64,000 nucleotides of DNA, taken from NCBI GenBank assembly GCA_044892505.1, contig CM097883.1:360344001-360408000 (forward strand), written 5' to 3'. The translations under genes were made by a program, and so were the position numbers. Position 1 is the first letter of the stretch. Each line of letters begins with the position of its first letter. This DNA is from Schmidtea nova. Lineage: Eukaryota. The notes under the pieces were generated by a model. It did no database searches, was not told where the DNA came from, and was given only the letters and a program-made list of their open reading frames with translations. Shown one piece after another: positions 48,503-58,959 of the stretch.

Positions 48503-49963
48503 TTATAGATTTCTTTGGTCTAGAACAGTAACCAGAAAGAGGTGAAAGAATTTCTGAAATTTAGGAATAAAACGGTGGCAATTGTTTACTGTTCCCAGAA
48601 AACTCTGAAGTTGAGTAACAGTTTGTGGAAGAGGAAACTTAGATATAGTATCTAGTCTGTCGGATGGTGGACTGACGCCTTGACCCGAGATAATGTGACC
48701 TAAAAAACGGACTTCTTCTTTAAAAAATAAACACTTATCTAAATTAATTTGTAGGTTATTGGAAGAAAGTGCGCAAAGAACTGCATCTAAATGTTTTTTG
48801 TGTGTTTCCGCATCCTTAGAACCAATGAGGATATCGTCAATATAAGGAATTGCGAATGGTAAATCCATTAAAATATGGTCGATGTGTCTTTGAAAGGTTT
48901 GAGCGGAATTTCTAAGACCAAACGGCATGAAAACGTACTCAAAAAGTCCGATAGGTGTTAAAACTGCGGTTTTTTCCACGTCAGATTCTTTAACTGGGAT
49001 TTGGTGATAGGCCTTAACTAAGTCGATAGTTGAAAATATTTTGGCCTCGGTAAGTCTGTACAAAATGTCGTTTACTAAAGGCATAGAATATGAGTCGTGA
49101 ACCGTAATCATATTTAAACGACGATAATCTCCACAAGGTCTGAAAGTTCCGTCTTTCTTTGGTACGAGATGAAGTGGTGAAGACCATGGAGATTTAGATC
49201 TTTTTATAATGCCTTCGTTCAACAAAGTAGCGAATTCGGAGCGAACAAAATCTAGTTTTTCGTTCGAAAGAGGGCGTACTTTACAACGTACCGGAAGAGA
49301 GTTTGTGGTGTTGATGGTATGGCAGTAAGATGCTACAGAGACTTGCTTTCGTAAAGGCATTGTCTGTGAAAATGTGTATTTATTTAAAATGTCTGTAGCA
49401 ATCTTTGGATGATTGGGTTTAATGGCAGTAGATACAGAAAAGTCAGATGAGTCGGAAATGTTGAGTTTTTTTGTGTCAATGACTAAAGACGAATTTGTGT
49501 GCGAATGTGTTCTCAAAAGGCGTGAACGACAATCGACCAACAAATTGTGTGAACTCAAAAAGTCTGAGCCAAGAATGGGATGGATAACGTCAGCGACACA
49601 GAACTTCCATATAAAAGATTGATTCAAAGAAGGAAGAACGAAATTTGCTGAAAAAGAACAGTGTGTATTCACCATGGTTCCGTTGGCGGCTTTCAATGTA
49701 TAAACGGAATCATCGCAAAGAGATTCATATTGTAAAGGAAGAATGGAGAGACTGGATCCTGTGTCAACAAGAAAATCGAGAGTACTGCAAAAGTTCGGAG
49801 CAACGCTGAAAGAAGGGGATTCAGCTCTCACTAGAAATAAATCGAGTGCAGGAGGTAATTTGCCATCAACTTCAGCCGCAACGAGTGATGGCATTACAAG
49901 TTTTTTTGAATGTTGTTTGGAGAAGATGGTGGGGAATTGTAGGATTTGCAACCTACAATGCAT
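48503..49963 (-). CDS. Pol: aspartic protease and reverse transcriptase
   Basis: FLVDTGSS; SPWSSPLHLVPKKDG.FRPCGDYRRLN; FSTIDLVKAYHQI; MPFGLRNSAQTFQR; YIDD. Confidence 0.97.
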   Translation of the reverse strand: MHCRLQILQFPTIFSKQHSKKLVMPSLVAAEVDGKLPPALDLFLVRAESPSFSVAPNFCSTLDFLVDTGSSLSILPLQYESLCDDSVYTLKAANGTMVNTHCSFSANFVLPSLNQSFIWKFCVADVIHPILGSDFLSSHNLLVDCRSRLLRTHSHTNSSLVIDTKKLNISDSSDFSVSTAIKPNHPKIATDILNKYTFSQTMPLRKQVSVASYCHTINTTNSLPVRCKVRPLSNEKLDFVRSEFATLLNEGIIKRSKSPWSSPLHLVPKKDGTFRPCGDYRRLNMITVHDSYSMPLVNDILYRLTEAKIFSTIDLVKAYHQIPVKESDVEKTAVLTPIGLFEYVFMPFGLRNSAQTFQRHIDHILMDLPFAIPYIDDILIGSKDAETHKKHLDAVLCALSSNNLQINLDKCLFFKEEVRFLGHIISGQGVSPPSDRLDTISKFPLPQTVTQLQSFLGTVNNCHRFIPKFQKFFHLFLVTVLDQRNL

Positions 49964-50835
49964 TTGTTTGCTTTATCCCCAAATCGTGCGTGATAAATGC
50001 ACTTATCAATGATTTTGAGGGTAGCTGCTTTGTTTCGCCAGCCACATCCTATGTTGCAACAATTTGCTTTCGTTCCATATTTAGTATGATAAAAGCAAAT
50101 GTTTGAATAAGCCGGGGATTTGGAACGTCGTCGGTCAAACGCATTGGAAAGTGATGAATTTCGAGACGGAGATTTATGACGTTCCAAAAGCAAAATACGA
50201 TCGGTAAGGTCGCGAATGGCGCAAAGAAGAGCATTCTCTGTTGTTGATGGGATCGGCGGGCTTGCGATAAGAAGGCTGTTGACAGAAGAGCCTGGTGTAC
50301 GACCTAACGGAACAATTTCATGAATTTTGTCCGCCATTTTTGCTAATTCGTGTATATCTACGGGAGACGTTAAAGCAAGTATCTGTTGTGTGTGTGTCGG
50401 AAGTACACTTAAAAAGAACTGGCGTAGCATGTTTTGGTCGGGTGCTGTCCCATTTTGCATTTGTTCGAGGTCTGTAAAAGCCTTCTGCAAAAGTTCTGTC
50501 GGCTTACAACTTCCTAAAGATTGGGCTTTGAAATATTTTGAGAATATTTCATGTTTGGGAACTTTAAATAAATCCAACAGTCCTGTGCTGAGTTCCTCAA
50601 AAGGAGTTAAAAAGGTTTTTTGCGTTGTGCGGCGAATAACGGCAGAAAGGCGGCCTAAATGATCCTGTGGGATGAGAGATAATATTCTATAGAATTTATC
50701 TCTTGAAGAAGTAACGCCGCAACTTTCTAACAGGGCTTCGAGTGTGAGCAACCAAGTTGATGGGGATTGGTTCTCATCTAAAAAGAACGGACAATTAATA
50801 TTTTGTCTAGAGTTACTGTCGGAAGAAGCAGCGCC
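49894..50835 (-). CDS. Gag, lacking its own ATG upstream of the conserved core
   Basis: CPFFLDENQSPSTWLLTLEALLESCGVTSSRDKFY is the typical N-terminal core of this Gypsy clade; two C-terminal CxYHxx(Y/F)GxKAxxC motifs; frame open back to the TGA at 50836-50838. Confidence 0.9.
   Translation of the reverse strand, partial: GAASSDSNSRQNINCPFFLDENQSPSTWLLTLEALLESCGVTSSRDKFYRILSLIPQDHLGRLSAVIRRTTQKTFLTPFEELSTGLLDLFKVPKHEIFSKYFKAQSLGSCKPTELLQKAFTDLEQMQNGTAPDQNMLRQFFLSVLPTHTQQILALTSPVDIHELAKMADKIHEIVPLGRTPGSSVNSLLIASPPIPSTTENALLCAIRDLTDRILLLERHKSPSRNSSLSNAFDRRRSKSPAYSNICFYHTKYGTKANCCNIGCGWRNKAATLKIIDKCIYHARFGDKANKCIVGCKSYNSPPSSPNNIQKNL
49900..49906 (-). promoter_or_regulatory. -1 ribosomal frameshift slippery site A AAA AAC (gag-pol)
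   Basis: Canonical X XXY YYZ heptamer two codons before the gag stop; pol is in the -1 frame. Confidence 0.75.
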
Positions 50836-52836
50836 TCAAACATTTCTTTGCTTTTTAGGCAAAGGTTTGGGCTTTTTATCATCGTATTCGTTGTCATCAT
50901 CGATACTTGATGGTGCGCCGCCATACAATGGTACATGACAGAATAGCAAGGAATCCGAACATATGTTAGAACTTAAAAGTGAGTCCTGATTCCTTAATAT
51001 TGCGCCATTATAAGATATGTATGTCGGTCCCTCGTACGACAAGCGCTTGCAAATTAATGTAGATAGTTTTGATATAGTCGTGTCCTGGGCTAGTTTAAAG
51101 TGGAATGTGAAGGAGGAAACCCTTACGAATATTGACAAAAACCTATAGGATATGCGACGTAGACTAAAATTCGGAAGATTGGGCGGTCCCGTTAATTTTA
51201 ATAATAATGATATAAATAATAATAATATATAATAATAGAAATTTAATATAACAATAAAATATTCTAACATTGTAACTCCGCAGCGATAATGGGGGCTGAT
51301 CTTCTGTTCCGAAAAGAGAAAAAAATTTGTTAATATTGGAGTTCCTGTGACTTTTGAATTTAATGGAGCTTCTAATAGGTAATTATCGTTGTTGGTGTTA
51401 AAGTTCATTTTCGAGGGAGCTGGTGAAAAAATTACGATAGATTTGATGTTATTGCAATTTTTCGTGTTGATTTGTGTTGCTTTCGATGTTTGACCAATTG
51501 AAATGTATCCCTGTGACTTAACACCTGACGGTGTGCAAGGAAACTGCTTTTGAAAGCCATTAATCAACTGTTGAGCGACTTTGGAATCCGTTTGAATGAG
51601 AGAAAAATTTGGATTTACTGGCATTGAATTTACAGGTTTTGGATTCTGCTGAGAAATCGATCGATTTATCGCTTCTAATATTCGAAAGTCGACGTTAATC
51701 ATTGAAAGAACTGTAGAATTTTGATTCTGTGGAGCGACTGGAGATGAACTTATTGTTATTGCTGACAGACTACTATTCGTTGAATTGTTAACGATTAAAG
51801 ACTGATTTGAAACTGTAGACTTGCTAGCATCTGATATATGATTGTTAGCTTGCTTGGATTTATCACTTTGTAAGATTAAATTCTGTTGTATTAAATGTAA
51901 AGCCTGTCGAATGTTAGTGGCTGAGTCTTGTGAACTGGTTGGAATTCTTGTCATTTGCGCACAGTCTAATGGAATTTGAGAGTTTTGATTTACTTGCAAT
52001 GGGGTTGGAATTATAGGAATTGACGGTTGATTTTGTCGATTAATTAAATGCATCGGAGGAGGTGGTGGTTGCATTGCAGCTGCAATTCGCTTAACGACTT
52101 CAATTTGACTAAGCGTACTTGCATTATTAGAATTAGATGAGTTTGATTGAAATGAATTATTCATTCTTGCTGGATGGTGTGAGACTTGGGGACGAAATGT
52201 TTGATTTCCGTCTTGAATTGAAGATTGACCATTGATGTTTTCTTCTGACACCATTTTTGATGGGTGTGGCAACCCGTCCTGAGATGTGCAAGTGATAATG
52301 GATTTCATATTCTCGCTGAGCCCCCATTTATGACCATCGTTTGATCGAATAATCAATTGTAAAATCGGTGGCCGATAGAGATAAATTCTCTCCTGATAAA
52401 TCCTCAGCATGTTTGGTGGTATTTGAATGTGCAAATTATCGGCGCCCGTTGTTGAATAATCAATTTTCCACAATGCATTGTTAGCTTCTCTATAGAACCT
52501 TACGATAATTTCTGTATTGAATTTAGACTCGTTAAAATTCATAATATGAAAAAAATTCTCTTTTAATCTTCGATCTAATTTCGGAAGAAAGCCTGGATAG
52601 ATATAATGTGTTTGTATTTCATTGGTTAAACTATGATCCACTTTCAATACATAAACTGCAAAAATGTGATGATAATCTAAATTTGGATGATAAATATTTA
52701 TGGAAAAGTCTTGATCGATATGATGTGGAAATTTATCGCTTTTTGTTATTTTAAAATCATTTGTGGACTTCGAATGGTGACCAAATAATATTTCGATAAA
52801 CACAAATGCTAGAAGAAGAAAAAGATAACATTTCAT
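50836..52836 (-). CDS. ORF0, 666 aa: signal peptide, LTR-encoded domain, low-complexity stalk, hydrophobic segment, ubiquitin-like domain (LYGG), acidic/basic tail
   Basis: Uninterrupted 2-kb frame in AT-rich DNA; MKCYLFLLLAFVFIEILFG; hydrophobic run from aa 523; aa 567-640 align with ubiquitin. Confidence 0.75.
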   Translation of the reverse strand: MKCYLFLLLAFVFIEILFGHHSKSTNDFKITKSDKFPHHIDQDFSINIYHPNLDYHHIFAVYVLKVDHSLTNEIQTHYIYPGFLPKLDRRLKENFFHIMNFNESKFNTEIIVRFYREANNALWKIDYSTTGADNLHIQIPPNMLRIYQERIYLYRPPILQLIIRSNDGHKWGLSENMKSIITCTSQDGLPHPSKMVSEENINGQSSIQDGNQTFRPQVSHHPARMNNSFQSNSSNSNNASTLSQIEVVKRIAAAMQPPPPPMHLINRQNQPSIPIIPTPLQVNQNSQIPLDCAQMTRIPTSSQDSATNIRQALHLIQQNLILQSDKSKQANNHISDASKSTVSNQSLIVNNSTNSSLSAITISSSPVAPQNQNSTVLSMINVDFRILEAINRSISQQNPKPVNSMPVNPNFSLIQTDSKVAQQLINGFQKQFPCTPSGVKSQGYISIGQTSKATQINTKNCNNIKSIVIFSPAPSKMNFNTNNDNYLLEAPLNSKVTGTPILTNFFLFSEQKISPHYRCGVTMLEYFIVILNFYYYILLLFISLLLKLTGPPNLPNFSLRRISYRFLSIFVRVSSFTFHFKLAQDTTISKLSTLICKRLSYEGPTYISYNGAILRNQDSLLSSNICSDSLLFCHVPLYGGAPSSIDDDNEYDDKKPKPLPKKQRNV
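52242..52253 (-). promoter_or_regulatory. Primer-binding site, tRNA-Leu type
   Basis: TGGTGTCAGAAG starting 2 nt after the 5' LTR end. Confidence 0.85.
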
Positions 52837-53106
52837 ATTTCAAAGAATTTTAATGAATTTTAATCAACTCTCAAACTATATATTTTTAAATCAAAATATT
52901 TATACAATAATATTTAAACAAAATGTTTATGTAATTAATAACAGTTTTTAATCTAATAACAGTTTTAAAAATTTCAATAACAGTTTAAAATTTTATATTA
53001 TTTTTTACTAAGATTGTTTTTGGAGTTAAATCGTCATTAAAATGACTTGTTGAAAATCTAATATCATTTGAGAGAATCTTCGATATCGGCTTTCTAGACC
53101 ACTACA
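52256..53106 (-). repeat. 5' LTR
   Basis: Starts TGTAGTGG on minus; TATA-like AAATATATAG about 45 nt upstream of the ORF0 ATG. Confidence 0.95.
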
Positions 53107-53694
53107 GTTATCATTTCAGCCTTTGTTGTATACTGGCAACAAACCGACTGTTTAGTTGTTTTACTCAATTATTTGCTTTATTTATTGTTATTTATTCCAT
53201 TTATTTTATGTTTCTTTTCAGATTGCTTGGCCCAACACTAATATACTCAAGAAATTAATTTGTCCGTACATACGTCAAGAATAGGCCGATTACAGACAAA
53301 AAGAAGCTGTAAAATGTTTAGTTAACGAACTTTACAAATATCCTAAACACTCATGCTTTGATTAACCTAGTTATTAGTTAAAAATTATTGTCTTTATATA
53401 ATGTTGTTGTAAAAATAGATTATTAAAATTAAAGTGATTCAAAAGCTATTATCCGGGTTTTGTAGAGAAATAAATTACAAATTGAATCATATAAAAATAT
53501 GTTGAAAAATAATTTGAAAAATTGTTAAAAATCTAAGTGCAGTGAGTGCAAAATTTAAAAATCAATATTCTAATAAAACTTTAAACATAATCTTATAGAT
53601 GATTAAATTGTGAATATAATGAGCTATGTAGGAATACTAAAAACCAATTAGATTTTATTAATAGAAATTGATCGCTAATTGATAAGCCGGTTTT

Positions 53695-54159
53695 TCACAA
53701 CCGGAGATCTTGATCAATGATATCAAGAGTTGAAATGAGAAGGCTCCATGACAGTCCGTATTGATTGATTTCCGGTGCTGACAAATAATCCATTAATCGA
53801 GATTGATTGTGATCCAATGTATTGATTTGTAGATTTTTAGAGTTAGTCATTTCCGATTTGTCTGGATTGTATATTAATATTGATCCAGTTGTTGACAAGC
53901 ATCTTCCAGTTTGTACAGCTTCTTTTCGCATTCCAGCAGCGAGACATTTCTGCAATCTACAGAACTGGCAATTGTTTCTTCTTTGAATATCGACTTCATA
54001 ATCTCCACTAGAGTGGCACTGATAATTGTTGTCATTTGATGAAAACGAGTCACTGTGAATGTCTTGGGTGAACTGTGGTGAATTATCAATCATTAAACAC
54101 TGGCCGAATGTCGTTGAGTTGTTAATGGGGTATATCGAATCATTGTTAGCTGTTTGCAT
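53695..54159 (-). CDS. Nuclear hormone receptor exon, NR2F/COUP-TF-like, with degenerate DNA-binding domain
   Basis: [41 protein letters not shown] (COUP-TF: CQYCRLKKC..VGMRREAVQRGR); finger 1 cysteines absent; no LBD seen. Confidence 0.7.
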   Translation of the reverse strand: MQTANNDSIYPINNSTTFGQCLMIDNSPQFTQDIHSDSFSSNDNNYQCHSSGDYEVDIQRRNNCQFCRLQKCLAAGMRKEAVQTGRCLSTTGSILIYNPDKSEMTNSKNLQINTLDHNQSRLMDYLSAPEINQYGLSWSLLISTLDIIDQDLRL

Positions 54160-54899
54160 TTTTTGTTTGTGATCAGCGTGAATATGAAAAAAAATGTAAA
54201 TATTAAAACAAGTCTATTAATTTTTACTCCATTTAATAATTACTTAAATTAAATTAATTAATTTAAAAAATAAAAGAAATTGATAAAATTGAATAATTAA
54301 TCTAAGGCACTACAAGCTATACAATTATTGAAAATAATATCCAACAATTGCAAAAAAACTTGAAATATACAGTGTCAAAATTGAAATCAATAATGTAACT
54401 CAAATTAAGATATCGTATTATAGAGAATAAGTTTTCAAGGATATTGATGTAATTAAATGTTAAAACAATACTTGAACACTTATGAAAAAGTTGAAGTGCA
54501 CAGTGTGCAAAAACTTAAAATCAATAATAAAAGAAACTTTTATATAGAAACTTGTAGAGGATAATTTTTCAAATAAAATGAGCTATAAATTTCTTGAAAA
54601 TAATTTCAAATATGTATGATAAACTTGTAGTTCACAGTATAACAAAAATGAAAAATCGATATTATTACAAAAGTTTTAAATCATTTTGTAAAGAATAGTT
54701 TTTCTGATAGACTGAGATATAAATCTCATGAAAATAATTTCAAGCACTTGTGAAAGGTTGATGTGCAATTGTTGGGGTTGTTATAATCACAGAAAATAAA
54801 TTTAAAATTGCACAAATCAATAAAAAATATAAAAATTGGAAAAATAATAATTAATGTTCAAACATTAATTAAAAATTTACAAAAAATTAAAATAAAGTT

Positions 54900-55634
54900 T
54901 GAGCGGGGGAAACTGGTATGGGAAGATGCCAAATGATGAGACGAATTCAAATATGGGTATATAAAATTGAAATAGGACCCCCAGAAAGATAAATTAAGAA
55001 AATACAAATTAATTAAAAAATAATTAATCGTCTAATGGAAAACCCGAGCCAATGGGAAACCCGAGCTTATGGGAAACCCGAGCGATGTGGGAAACCCGGG
55101 GTATCAACAAAATCATTTAATTATCGAAATAAATTTAATGCCCCGGGAAGAGACGAAAAACCATTAGCGGCGAAACTCAATTAGTCGGCGGTCAAACAAA
55201 TTTAATTATTTCATTTTCTCCAGATCCAATTAAGCCGACAGGATGACAACAAAAAGTAGTATAAAAACGGAGAGCAAATTGCCGATATCGCCATTTGGTC
55301 AAAGTTAAATTTTCGAGGCCAGTTGATCGAAGATAAAATTTAGGCGCAAAGTGAAGCGAACCGTTAGAAGATATTTGAAGGAGACGTTGAAAGGAAATCA
55401 AAAGTAGAATTTATACTTAATCTTTTGCGTGTCAGAGAGGGAGATATCCCATTGGGTGTTCTACCCTCACGCGAAGAGTGCAGAACCTGAGTAACTTTTT
55501 GTGATAAACAGAGTTGTGATCAATTGAAAAATAAAGAAAGTTATTGTGTTGGGTCTTGTTTATTTTGTAATTGAAAGAGAACACCGGAGTCAGAAACTAC
55601 CGACTTAACACTAATAACCCAACACAATGGTATC
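54900..55634 (+). repeat. Probable solo/truncated LTR related to 1200-1700
   Basis: GGGGGAAAC then TG; four 17-bp GGGAAACCCGAG units; ends CCCAACACA followed by TGGTATCA (weak PBS-like). Confidence 0.45.
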
Positions 55635-56394
55635 AAAATTTATAGAAAATCAATATTATATCATAAATTTTTTTATAACTTCTTGTAGAAAGTAATTTTT
55701 CTAATAGATTGAGCTATAAATATCTTGATAATAAGTGCAAAAAACTAATAAAAAAATTGAATTTCACAAGGTGCCAAAAATAAAAATCAATATTATAACA
55801 AAGATTTATATATCATCATGTAGAAAGATTTTTCTAGAAGAATGAGCTACAAATCTCTTGAAATGATTTCAAACACCTTTGATAAAGTTGAACTGCAGTG
55901 GATGCAAAATAAAAAATCACTTTTTTAACAAAATTTTTACATGGGCAAAAAGATCACTTGATTTCTAACATGTGAAACGAAAATAAACTCTATAAGTTGT
56001 TGCAGTTGCTGTGAAAAACAAAGTATTTGAATATCAATAATTTTCGAAATATTTTTAGATCACAAGATCGGGCATTTGCCTTTGAGTCGAATGACACATA
56101 ACCCATTAAGATTGGTCCAGTAGATTACTCCGAATTTTGAATTTAGGGGAGATCAATAATCGATTCCTGAACTCATTTCCATAATAAAATTATATGGTAA
56201 TTTTTTCCTTAAGACAAATCATGAAAAAATTAAATTTTACATAATTTTTCAAACAAAAAAATACTATAGGGGAAATCAGTCACGCTGCCCACAAAACTTT
56301 GCGCCATAAAACCCCTAGAAAAACCTGTGTAACCCTATGATAAACGGTGATTCATGCACAAAAAGCACCATTTCTCTCTTTTTTCACTTACAAA

Positions 56395-56615
56395 NNNNNN
56401 NNNNNNNNNNNNNNNNNNNNNNNNNNNNNNNNNNNNNNNNNNNNNNNNNNNNNNNNNNNNNNNNNNNNNNNNNNNNNNNNNNNNNNNNNNNNNNNNNNNN
56501 NNNNNNNNNNNNNNNNNNNNNNNNNNNNNNNNNNNNNNNNNNNNNNNNNNNNNNNNNNNNNNNNNNNNNNNNNNNNNNNNNNNNNNNNNNNNNNNNNNNN
56601 NNNNNNNNNNNNNNN
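56395..56615. other. Assembly gap
   Basis: Run of N. Confidence 1.
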
Positions 56616-58539
56616 CATTTGATTTTTAAAACGCCCGATAATGCCCTACATAGTGCGCAATAAAATGTTGTTATGGTGTCCGAAAACTCATTTCGCTAGA
56701 TCGCGACACTGGTGTGATTTTCAAGGGGGTGGTTCGCAATAATTCATACTGATTCATGGGTCTTACATCTACCTACTATTCTGGTTTCTATTAACAATAT
56801 TAAGTGTCAGACAAAAACAAGATAAATAGAAGCTGAAAATCATAATTTTAACACTTTTTACAGTACATTTCACAGAACACACTCTTTAAATTTTGCTTAA
56901 CGAAGAGTTATTTTACCAGCCAGCCCCAGTCAATGTATTTTGTTATTCAAGTGAAACGGTACTTTATTTTGAGTAATTCTAATTAGATGATTTCATATTT
57001 TACATAATAAATATTTGAAATATCATTATTCGTATTGCTCGTTCAAATGATTCCCGATTAATCTAATTAGGAGGAGCTCTGTTGGCGCTTATTGGTTGTA
57101 AAATTAAAATAAATTATTTGAAAAATAATATTTAATTTAATATAAAGAAAGAATAATCGATATATTGATTTATTGTTTTATTAATTAACATTCAAATCAT
57201 TTTTGAAAGATTTTAAAACAAGGCTTTATTCAAACTAATCAAATCTTAGATAACATTTCATTAAATATTCAAAAGCAATTATGAAAATGTAAATAATTAA
57301 GATGAAGATAATGACAGTGAAGGATATTTAATATGGCCGCTTATTAATTTAAGTAAAATACATTAAAGTGAAAAGGATAGACGATATTTTCGTATTATTT
57401 ACTGTTGTCTGGTCTTATGATTATCGTAAATCAAGAAGAACGATTTTCTTAAATGTATAATGAAACAGTAATTCGAGAATCTAAAATGTTTAGTCGTTAT
57501 TAATTCATTAAAACAAATACATGACAATTATAATGAATTTGAAAATAAAAATTGTTTCACTTATCGAAACTCTCGATCGTTTCATCATCCATCAGCACCT
57601 CTACATCAAGGTAATAGATCATTCCCAAATATTAAAAGGTTAGTTTCTCTATTTGGTAAATTATTTCAATATTATTTTAAAATACAATTAACGAAAATTC
57701 AGAATATTATCAATAAATTTGTTGATTATTATATCGATCTAATTTAAATATGATTTCGAATATCTTGTCGCTCTAATTATTAATGTAATAGTTCGACTTA
57801 TTTATAATATTAAGGGTTTACATTTTAATGACCTAACAAATCCAAAAAGTCAAACATTTCAATATAATTTTGAAAATGAAAATTGACAACGAACTTGTAG
57901 AGAAGTACAAAAATTTAAATTTTGATAAACATTTATTTACGGAAGTCATAAAGTTAGACACAACAAACGGCCAATCAATTAGAAGTATATCAGACAATGC
58001 CGTATTCAATATTATAAATCTATATAATTTGTGTCAGAAATTTCTGAATTATGTTAAGAATGTATGGTAATGCTGAAACAATTAAAAACAAATTTAAAAA
58101 ATATTCAGTTATGAGCTATAGTTTCGTTTACATATTCATATAAACAGATTTTTTTGATTACCAAAAAAGATAAGGATCTTCATAAGTAATTTTCTTATTA
58201 ATTTTTTGAGTGTTACTCAAGAAAATTAATAGAACTTTCCCACTTCGGAGTGAGAAGCTAAAAAATTTAAAATATGATCAAAACTGTTGTCCTTTCAAAA
58301 TAAAATTCAGCATAAACTCCTGTAAAAAGTTTTAATGCTGGTAAAATGCAGGGGCGTGCCTGGGTATATGGCCGCCTGCGTGCTAGTATGCTTGGCCGCC
58401 CTTTGAGATAACATCAAAATCAAAGAAAAAAATCAAATTTTCATTCTTAATGTTTATTATTATACTTATATATCTAATGTACATGTACATATTACCATTG
58501 AATATAAAACATTAATATGTTTTGGCACATCTATAAATC

Positions 58540-58895
58540 GGCGACGCTCTAGTATAGATCTCCCAAAAAAATCAATTAAATATTTATATATTAATATATT
58601 TGAAATTTAATAAAGTAAAAAAGTAAAATTAAACAACCATTTTAATCTTCCACGGGATATAAACTAGCTAACAAACGCCAAAAAAGTTCAAGTATGTTTT
58701 CATCTTCATGTAGGCAGGCAATTAGTTTTTCTTGGTCATTAACTATTTCAAACAGTTCGAATATGTTCGTTATTTGCATCATTGTGAGACGGATAATTTT
58801 ATAAATATATTAATATATAAATATTTAATTGATTATAAATATTTAATATATAAAAATTTATTGATTTTTTGGGAGACCTATACTAGAGCGTCGCC
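58540..58895. mobile_element. Merlin-type MITE
   Basis: TIR GGCGACGCTCTAGTATAG.TCTCCCAAAAAA; 8-bp TSD TATAAATC; GG termini. Confidence 0.75.
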
Positions 58896-58959
58896 TATAA
58901 ATCTATGATATTACAATCAAAAATTTACTCTACGCGATTTTTTGAGGCAAATTCTTCAA

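Larger units (their letters stand above)
45488..53106 (-). mobile_element. Full-length Ty3/Gypsy LTR retrotransposon, 7619 bp
   Basis: Two 851-bp LTRs, 5-bp TSD GTTAT (45483-45487, 53107-53111), PBS, PPT, gag and PR-RT-RH-IN order. Confidence 0.95.
43250..53237 (-). mobile_element. Family E copy E4, 3'-truncated and interrupted by the Gypsy element (host parts 43250-45487 and 53107-53237)
   Basis: Joining the flanks restores sequence homologous to 16670-16822; structured motif at 44958-45040; E protein homologue at 43472-43900. Confidence 0.7.

Noticed and set aside
51288-51299. ATGGGGGCTGAT on +, an inverted match to the PPT
   Set aside because: A 12-nt match within coding sequence on the wrong strand for priming; no function inferable.
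57290-58070. Possible degraded plus-strand exons
   Set aside because: Multiple stops, no motif and no consistent splice model.
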